Origin: Clostridia bacterium
GTDB lineage: Bacteria; Bacillota; Clostridia; UMGS1883
Length of the DNA: 64,000 nucleotides
NCBI GenBank assembly: GCA_051866635.1
Contig: JBJDXJ010000038.1
Coordinates: 32,001 to 96,000 of the forward strand
Direction of reading: 5' to 3'
Every line of letters starts with the position of its first letter. The first letter of the stretch is position 1. Made by a program: the position numbers and the translations under genes. This document shows positions 42,162-50,800 of this stretch, one piece after another. Under the pieces are notes generated by a model. That model was not told the origin of the DNA. It searched no databases and saw nothing but the letters and a program-made list of their open reading frames with translations.

Positions 42162-43364
42162 ATGGCACTTACATATGAATCCGTTGTTGAAAAAATAAGA
42201 AGAGCGGACACTTACTGGCAGAAAAATTTTGACTTTGTTGACTGGAACGGGGGAGCACATCCTGCTTTTTGGGACAAGGCGGCGTACCACACAGGCAATA
42301 TGGAAGTTTACAAGCTGTTAGGCGATAAAGACCTTTTGCAGTATACAATTGACTGGGCAAATTTCTGCAACTGGAAGGGTAACGATTCAGACGCTGACCC
42401 TTCTGAATGGTTCTGGGAATATAACCAGACACAGGGGTCTGCCGCTGTTATTTTCGGCGACTGGGAAATCTGTTTCCAGGTATATATTGATCTTTACAAT
42501 GCAGGCGTTGATGGTGCAACAATTGACCGAGTAATGTATGTAATAAATCATCAGATTGAAAAGGATGTTGACAACTACTGGTGGTGGGCAGATGCTCTTT
42601 ATATGGTGATGCCTGTTTTCACAAAACTCTATAAATTGACAGAAGATGAAAAGTATCTTGATGCACTTTATAAATATTTCCGCTACGCAAAGGAACTGAT
42701 GTACGACGGCAGGGGCGGCATCCCCACAAATAAGGACGGATATACAACTTCCGCAAGCATTTTGGAAGGTGCAAGTTATTCAGACCCCTCTGATTATAAA
42801 AACCTTTTCTTCCGTGATGCAAACTTTGTTTATCCATTAAAGCCTAATCCCGGTCACGAAAAGGAAAAGAACTTCTGGGCACGTGGCAACGGCTGGGTAT
42901 TTGCCGGACTATGCAAGGTGCTTGCCGATATGCCAAAAACTTATAAGCACTATGATGAGTTCTTGACTACATACAAGGAAATGGCTCCTGCCATAATTGC
43001 TTGTCAGCTTAAGGACGGCGACGGCAACGGCTTCTGGACACAAAGTATGCTCCAAAATTACCCCACAGGCAATAACAATAACGACTATGGCTATGAAACA
43101 AGCGGCACTGCTTTCTTCACATACGGTCTTTTCTGGGGCATTAATAACGGAATATTGGATGAAGAAACTTACACAGACTATGCACTTGCAGGCTGGAAAT
43201 ACCTTTCTGAGGTTGCCCTTCACCCTGATGGCAAGGTAGGCTATGTGCAGTACATCGGTTCTAATGCAACTGAGGCTATGAGCTATGACACAACACAGAA
43301 TTTCGGTGTGGGTGCATTTTTATTGGCAGGATGCGAAGCGGCAAGGTATGCACAGAATAATTAA
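42162..43364 (+). CDS. GH88/GH105-family glycoside hydrolase without signal peptide
   Basis: WWWADALYM, FWARGNGW, ETSGTAFFTYG; closely similar to the C-terminal domain of 36444-41234. Confidence 0.85.
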   Translation: MALTYESVVEKIRRADTYWQKNFDFVDWNGGAHPAFWDKAAYHTGNMEVYKLLGDKDLLQYTIDWANFCNWKGNDSDADPSEWFWEYNQTQGSAAVIFGDWEICFQVYIDLYNAGVDGATIDRVMYVINHQIEKDVDNYWWWADALYMVMPVFTKLYKLTEDEKYLDALYKYFRYAKELMYDGRGGIPTNKDGYTTSASILEGASYSDPSDYKNLFFRDANFVYPLKPNPGHEKEKNFWARGNGWVFAGLCKVLADMPKTYKHYDEFLTTYKEMAPAIIACQLKDGDGNGFWTQSMLQNYPTGNNNNDYGYETSGTAFFTYGLFWGINNGILDEETYTDYALAGWKYLSEVALHPDGKVGYVQYIGSNATEAMSYDTTQNFGVGAFLLAGCEAARYAQNN

Positions 43365-43453
43365 CAGGGCGTAGTTTAATAATTCAGACAAAAGCTATAA
43401 TAGAATAAAAAATACCGGTTGGGCTTAGCCATGGCCACATAAGGAAGTTTTTT

Positions 43454-43490
43454 ATGGAGTAGTTCCAAAATCAAGGAACTACTCCATTTT
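43454..43490 (+). terminator. intrinsic terminator
   Basis: ATGGAGTAGTTCC-8 nt-GGAACTACTCCAT followed by TTT. Confidence 0.7.
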
Positions 43491-43585
43491 AATTGTTTAT
43501 CCACTGTTTAAAGCAATCATTGACAGCTTTAGGATATATTTTATGACGATGGTAAAATATATAAATAAGAAAGGAAGTTGTTTAA

Positions 43586-44437
43586 ATGAAGTTATTAACT
43601 AATGAGCTAATCCAAAAATTCAAAATTTACTTAACAAATGAAGAAAAAGCCCAGGCAACTATTGATAAATACTTGCGTGATATATACGCATTTATGGCTT
43701 GGCTTTGCGGCAAGGAAGTATGTAAGGAATATGTTTTGCAATATAAAAAAGAAATCTTAGAAAATTATGCTCCTGCAAGTGTGAATTCAATGCTTTCATC
43801 GCTCAATGCGTTTTTTGCTTATAATGAGTGGTATGAACTTAGAGTAAAATCCGTTAAAATTCAAAAGCAAATATTTGCAAGCAAGGACAGAGAACTTACC
43901 AAGACTGAGTATGAAAGACTATTGAATGCGGCGAAGAATAAGAAAAATGAAAGGCTGTATTACCTGATGCAGACTATTTGCAGTACGGGCTTGAGAGTTT
44001 CGGAATTAAAATTCATTACTACAGATGCGGTTCGATGTGGACAAGCAACCATTAACTGCAAAGGAAAAATGAGAATAGTTATCTTACCTAAGCAGCTTTG
44101 CAAAATGCTTACCATTTATGCAAAAGCAAACAATATAAAAAGCGGCTCCGTATTTGTAAGCAAAAACGGGAAGCCGCTTAACAGATCAAATATATGGTCC
44201 GATATGAAAAAACTCTGTGAATCTGCCGGAGTATCTGCTGAGAAAGTATTTCCTCATAATTTGAGACATCTTTTCGCAAGAACTTATTACTCTCTCCAAA
44301 AGGATGTAGTACGACTTGCTGATATTTTAGGTCATTCAAGTGTAAATACTACAAGGATTTATACTATGGAAAGCGGAGAGGTTCACAGAAAGCAAATTCA
44401 AAAATTAGGATTACTCCTGTGTAGCAATAAATTATAA
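43586..44437 (+). CDS. tyrosine recombinase (Xer-like), probable DNA invertase
   Basis: TGLRVSEL, KGK, HNLRHLFAR, LGHSSVNTTRIY (R-K-H-R-H-Y catalytic set). Confidence 0.93.
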   Translation: MKLLTNELIQKFKIYLTNEEKAQATIDKYLRDIYAFMAWLCGKEVCKEYVLQYKKEILENYAPASVNSMLSSLNAFFAYNEWYELRVKSVKIQKQIFASKDRELTKTEYERLLNAAKNKKNERLYYLMQTICSTGLRVSELKFITTDAVRCGQATINCKGKMRIVILPKQLCKMLTIYAKANNIKSGSVFVSKNGKPLNRSNIWSDMKKLCESAGVSAEKVFPHNLRHLFARTYYSLQKDVVRLADILGHSSVNTTRIYTMESGEVHRKQIQKLGLLLCSNKL

Positions 44438-44460
44438 CATAATTTGTATTATGTAGTGAC
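44431..44460. repeat. left recombination site (dif-like)
   Basis: ATTATAACATAAT-TTGT-ATTATGTAGTGAC; 18-bp core 44437-44454 is the exact reverse complement of 44690-44707. Confidence 0.85.
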
Positions 44461-44511
44461 ATTGTTGATGTATTCTCATTGTAGGAAGATACACAATATC
44501 AAATTTCACAC

Positions 44512-44558
44512 AAAAACAAGACCAATGATATTAGAAATTATTACATTGGTCTGTTTTT
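44512..44558. terminator. bidirectional terminator-like hairpin inside the invertible segment
   Basis: AAAAACAAGACCAATG...CATTGGTCTGTTTTT; T run follows the stem on both strands. Confidence 0.6.
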
Positions 44559-44622
44559 CGTTGCCTCTTTTTGTTTGAATATCTGAAAAAGATATAAAAT
44601 TATGTAAATTAACTGCAAATTA

Positions 44623-44651
44623 TTGACTTTTATATATTCACATGCTATAAT
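44623..44651 (+). promoter_or_regulatory. sigma-A promoter inside the invertible segment
   Basis: TTGACT-17 bp-TATAAT with TGn extension, facing the surface-protein genes. Confidence 0.85.
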
Positions 44652-44683
44652 GGTAGCGTATAATTAGGTTTATTGTCTGTGCT

Positions 44684-44713
44684 ATTATAACATAATACAA
44701 ATTATGTAGTGAC
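44684..44713. repeat. right recombination site (dif-like)
   Basis: ATTATAACATAAT-ACAA-ATTATGTAGTGAC. Confidence 0.85.
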
Positions 44714-44847
44714 TGTCAGCAGATAAAACTATGTATATAATATTAAGAATTCAAAGGGGGTTATGCTATGGAAAGGCTTGATAGCAGTTAGTACCGTATG
44801 ACCATGAAAACTCAACAACTAAAACACTCAGAAAGGAAAATGTAAAC

Positions 44848-47800
44848 ATGAAATCTAAAAAATTTACAGCTTGGATATTGGTCATGGCAATGCTTGTTAC
44901 AATGTTACCAAGCTCGCTTGCCTTAGCGACAGGTGATCATACAACACCGGCACCATATCCGGTAATTGTGACTGATGTATTTAGTGAAATGACTAATGAT
45001 ATCAGTGGTGTGGATAAAGGTACAGATTTAGACTTGACAGGAACAACAAATGATGCACTTCCGACTGTTAATTCAGCAGTTGGAGCGGAGACTGTACTTG
45101 ATGGTGTAGATGGTACAGTATACCATAATGCAGACAGCGAAATTAACAACATGAGAAGAAAACAAATTCTCACATTCGTTGCAAAATCTCAGGATGACAG
45201 CAACTTTATTAACAGCTCTACAAGCACGGGTGTGGCTGAACATGCTGTTGAAATCGCTTATTTGGATACAGACAGAGAACCTTTGGAAATAGATTTAGAC
45301 AGTGAGGAATTTGAGGTTATTGGCAGTGGAGATTGGAGCAACGCATGGATAGATCTTTCTCAAGACGTTCAGCAGACAGACCGTACACTGGAAACATTCC
45401 TTACAAAAGAGCTTGAGGGAATCAATCCCGAACTTTTGACCGCTGCACAGCTTTTTGCAACAGGTGATATGGTATCCTTCATGATTTACAATGTTATCAG
45501 AAGCGATTTTGCCGGTTATTTAAGAATTAAGATTACAGATAACAACGGCAACACCACAGTGCAGGACTATCCTATTGTAGCAGATGGTCAGTATCCCGCT
45601 GTTTCTATCAGCACTTCAACTTACAAAAATCCCGTAGGTGAAAATGTTGAAAATAGTGCAGTAACAACTGTTGCAGAAAATACATTTATTAATGAAATGG
45701 ATTTTGTAACTGTTATGGAAGATACAGAGGAAAACAAAGAAGAAAACGAAACCGATAATATTCATAAAAGCTACAGATGGCATAATCTTGATAAAGATGC
45801 ATTACAGAATGCTTTGAATTGGGAAGACGAAAACTATAAGCCGGAAGATATTTGGGCTATGGGTGATATTTCCATAGACGAAATAAAAATTTCAGACTTA
45901 TTAGTAACTTCCGGAATTGAAAGTGTTAAGTATTCGGTTGCAAATTACGGATTAAAAGAAAATGTAACTCCATCTACATTAGAAGGAACAATTGAACTTA
46001 CATATGATCCGGCAACAAAAACTTGTTCGGCAGGAACACCTATTGTAATCAGTAATGAAGGCTTTAATGTTTTGGCAATTACAGCAGTTGACAATTCAGG
46101 ACTTAAAACAACAAACAGATACTATTTCTACATGGATACTACAGCACCCAAAGCAAAGTTTGACCTTGTAGAATTGGATAAGAACGTTGTTTCCTTATTT
46201 ACTGATGCTGATACAGTAACAAACAGACAGCAAGCTATTGATATGAGTGAATCAGATGATGTAACGGCAAGCGTTGATGTGATTTCCGGGCTTGAAGATG
46301 CAACAGCAGGCGAAACAGAAAATAATAAGATGTATCAGTATCGCTTACTTGCAACAAAAGCAGGTGCAACAGAAGGCGGAAATGTACCTGATGGTTATAC
46401 AGCAACTGTTCTCGACAAAGAAGGAAATGATTTAAGCGGTTGGAAAATTTGGACCGGCGAAACAGAAACCCCTGTTATAGATAAAGAATTTGACGGTATT
46501 GTTCAGGTACGTGTTCAGGACAGAGCAGGTAACTGGTCACCTATCGTTTCAGTAACAAGTGATGGAAAAGAAACAATTATTACAGATAACACTAACCCTG
46601 TAATTGATGTTAAGGAATATGCCCTTGACACCAATGGCGATACAATCGGCAATACAGATGCAGAAATAATTGGCGGCACTGCTACAGATATTTTAATTAC
46701 TTCAGCAAGAGTAACTGAAACAACTGACGGTGAAATTGAAAATGAGGTTATTCATACAATCACAGGTGATGTGGCACCTTGGATTAATGATTCTGCAGTA
46801 TTAGAAGTAAAGATTACTGATGAGGATCTTGCTAATGAAATTCGTTCATCAGGTCTTAAAAAAGGTCAGATTAATGTAACAGCAGAATTTAATGCCGAAA
46901 ATGAAAATAAAAAGGTTAAAATCTGGAACAAAAATGGTGTTGACAAGAAAAATGTTGATGATTCTTTCAACCTTACAGAAGACTACATTTTCGGAACAGA
47001 AACCGACAAGGATTTAACATTCTATATTGAATATGAAGGAACAGGTGTTGTTGATATCACGGTTTCTGTTAAAGACCAGGCAGATGTAAATGATGGCGAT
47101 GTTTTCTCAACAATTTATACAACTCAGCTTAGAGTTGATAAAATCAATCCTTACATTATATATAAGGGATACGATATCACAGATAAAGCCAATGAAGATT
47201 TGTTGAAAGCAAACCATGAAAAAGTTGATTACGAAGTTCGTAATATGCCTTGGGGACCGAACAGCCAGGTTCTTGAAGTTGTTGTGAAAGATGATGATAT
47301 TACTCCGATACAGTCTAAGACTAAAAATATAAGATTTAACGCTGACAAAGAATTAGACTTGTATGAATACGTTGGTGGTGTATTCACAAAGATTAAGACT
47401 TATGCCGCAGGTAATGATAATGTAGTATCACTTAGTGATTGTGAAGAACTTGCTAATGAAAAGTATGAATCCAATGTTGGTTATAAGTTCTATCTTGTAT
47501 ATGAGGGTACAGGCATTGCAAAAGTTGAATTCTTTGCAGATGATTCAGCTACAGCACCCAACGTAAGAGATTATCCTTCTATAGCAACTGCTGCTGAGGC
47601 AGAACCTGTATTATACGATGCAATGCTCCGCGTTGATAAAATTAACCCTGAAATTAAAAACGTAAAACTTGTTGAAACAGATATAGACGTTGAAGATAAA
47701 GGTTGGAGTCTCTTCTCTTTCAACGAAACAAATGTTGAAGTTAATACAAGAAAGCAGATGAAGATAACATTTGAGATTGTTGATGAAAACACAACAACAG

Positions 47801-50800
47801 AACAGTCCGGTGTTAATATTCAGAACGAAAAGATATCAGGCGTAGATTTAATTGATGTATATAAAAATTATGTAGAAAAAGATAAAACACATCTTTATGA
47901 TAATAAGCCTACAACATATACAACAGATGATGTAAATGACAAGGCAGTAGATCCTAACATTGATTATATCCTTCTTCCTGTAGAAGCGGGTTCAATTAAT
48001 GGCACAGGCGGCAATTTTGAAGAAGCTGCATCTGCATCTAATGAAGCTATTGAAGCACTCGTAGCTGAATATCTTGATAAGGTATACAATGCAGATGGTG
48101 ATAAGTGTGAATGGAAGAAAGCATCATGGAAAGATGGCGGAATTGTTGTTCCTGATGAATTCCAGGGTGCAATCGTTATCAGAACAATTGACCGTGTAGG
48201 TAATATTGATTACGCAGAAGCTATCACATTTGTTGCTGAATCAAGAGAAGCATTAATTGACTTTAATCCTCAGAACGGATATATTTGGTCTCAAAACAAT
48301 TATGGTTGGTCAAAACGTGATTACGATTATGTTGAAATTCGAGTAAAAGATGATAACGAAGACAAAGTAGATGCTTGGCTCGAAAATGTGTTTATCAGTG
48401 TGACTGACCTTGAAGGTAACGACATCTCAACAAAGGAAACAGTTAAGTTTGCTCCAAATGATCCTTCATTAAAGATTGATCCTTCTGCATATACTTATGT
48501 TTCTTTAAGTGATTTCACAAATGAAGCTGCATACGGTTATGATGTAATTGATGCATACGGTCTTGTTGAAAAACTTTATCGCGATAGCGAAGGATATATC
48601 CACCTTGGTTATGTAAGAGTAGCTGAAAGTGCTCAGATTAAGGTAACCATTTTCGATAAGGCTAAACATAACGATGTTGAATATACAGGTAATAAGACAA
48701 CAGGTATCTGGACATCAAGAATAGACAGAACAGCACCTACTGTAAATGTTAAGGTTGTTGCAATTCCGGCAAGCGAACACGGTGCTGCTGACAACAATAA
48801 GGTTGTTCTTGGTTTGAAAGCCGATATTATTGATAATGAATCCGGTGTTGCACCTTATATTACTGATGGTACTTACAATGTTTATACTCCTGAAAATGTT
48901 CCCGCATCCGGAGTATTTGCCTCTGATAAATCTTTCTTATATAAAGTAACAAATGATGCAGATGCTGAAGTTGAAAGATTTGATAGTGGAACATTCAACA
49001 CAAGACAGTATGAACTTCCCGGTTTACAGTATGCTTTGATTCCTGAAAATGGCAAATTGGAAAATGTTAAACCGTGGAATTTTGAAACTGATCCTAAAAC
49101 CGTTTATGATGAAAACGGATACAACGGAAACATGGGTGCAACATATGTATGGCATAACTATGTTGATGACAAAACACCTATCCTTCCGGAAGAAGGCTTT
49201 GATGGCTACATTGTTGTAAGAGCTATTGACAAAGCAGGCAATATCACTGTTATTGGTTGTGCTCCCACAATTGATATTGAAGCAGCAGAAGGTTGGCAGA
49301 AAGAAACACAGCTTATCCATGTTAAGGCTTCTCCCAAAACAGGAAATATTACAACTGTAGAATATATGGGTAATAACAATCTTCTTACTCATGATGAAGC
49401 GGGCAATTTGGTAACAAGAAATATTTATGCCGAGGCAATCAGTGGTGCAGGTACATTCATTGAAGTTACAGAAGAAGGTATTACAGATGTTATAATTACA
49501 GCTTCTGAAGAGTATACAGCACAGCAAACAGTTAAGGCAGCTTCCGATGAAAGAAATGCAACTTGGGAAGGCTCCATGATTGTTGGTAATGCTACACCTT
49601 CCGGATATGAAGATTTCAAATTCCAAACTGTTCAGGTGAAGATTGATAAGACAGCTCCTACGTTTGAATTTACATTAGTTGATGCAGCAAATGAAGAAAT
49701 AGTTACTTCTTCTAGAGGATTTGGAATTAAAGTAGCAGACGGTGAGGAAATTGTAGATCCTATTCCTAACTTACCTGATGTTGTCGGTTATCGTTCACAT
49801 ATTTCTTCCGGAATTGCAAAGGTTGAATATTGCGTAGCGAGTGAAGGAATGGAAGAATGGCATGAAGTTGATAAAGCAACATGGGAAACAGGTGTTATTA
49901 AAGCATATGAAGACAATGCAGCTATAACAGGTACTGTTAAAGTTCGTGTTACAGATAATGCCGGTAACGTAACTGAAAAATCCAAGTCTATCAATATTGA
50001 TAGTGCAATACCGATTATCAGCATCTCCAAGTCTTATGATTCAAAATGGAGCAATAAGCCTGTAGAAGTGAAAGTAACAGTTTCTTCAGGTGCAGAATTC
50101 TCTGACATTAGTAGCGTTTATTATACAGTAACCGGTGGAACAGAAGGTGAACTTCCTGTTACAGGCGGTACAATCACAATAGGCCAAGAAGGTGTGTATG
50201 AAGTTAGTGTAAAAGCATTAACAAAGAGCGGAAAATCTCTTGAAGCATGGACAGATGTTCATATTGACTGGACAGCACCTGATTTTGAACTTGAATTAAC
50301 GGATGGCGAGGATGTTCTTGCAGACGGTGCTAAGACAGGAAATGCAGTTACAGTAAATGTTAAGGATATTATTGACAACGTATCCGGAGTTAAGTCTATT
50401 GAATGGTGCAAGGTAGCAGAAGGCTCTGTAAATGAGCAGTGGAATAACATAACATCTGCTAAAACTGCAACAATAGAAAAAGCAGAAGCATTTACAGGAA
50501 CAGTAAAGGTTCGCGTAACAGATGAAGCAGGTAATGTTACTGTTAAGACTCAAAGAGTTATCCATAACGATGACGTGGCTATGCCTGAGTTAGTAGGTGT
50601 TGCCTCCGGTTCTTGGAAGATTGACAACGATACAGTAACAGTTGCATCTTATGCCGACGATAAAGTTAAGGTTCGTTATTCAAATAACGGAGAACCTTGG
50701 ACAGATGTAATTGAAAACTCTATCACGCTTGTTCCCGGAGCTAACCGCATCAGACTTCAGGCCTACAGAGAAGATTGCGGCTGTGAAAGTGATGTAAGAA

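Larger units (their letters stand above)
44437..44707. promoter_or_regulatory. predicted invertible promoter segment, ON orientation
   Basis: Perfect 18-bp inverted repeats next to a tyrosine recombinase, enclosing a promoter and a terminator. Confidence 0.8.

Noticed and set aside
43586-44713. Integron integrase or prophage/ICE integrase
   Set aside because: At 283 aa it shows no obvious IntI insertion or arm-binding domain, and no attC array, phage or conjugation genes are present
44431-44713. Sites read as direct repeats for excision, as a mini-CRISPR, or as the chromosomal dif
   Set aside because: Centres are inverted, which favours inversion; only two units about 250 bp apart and no cas genes; chromosomal dif is normally single
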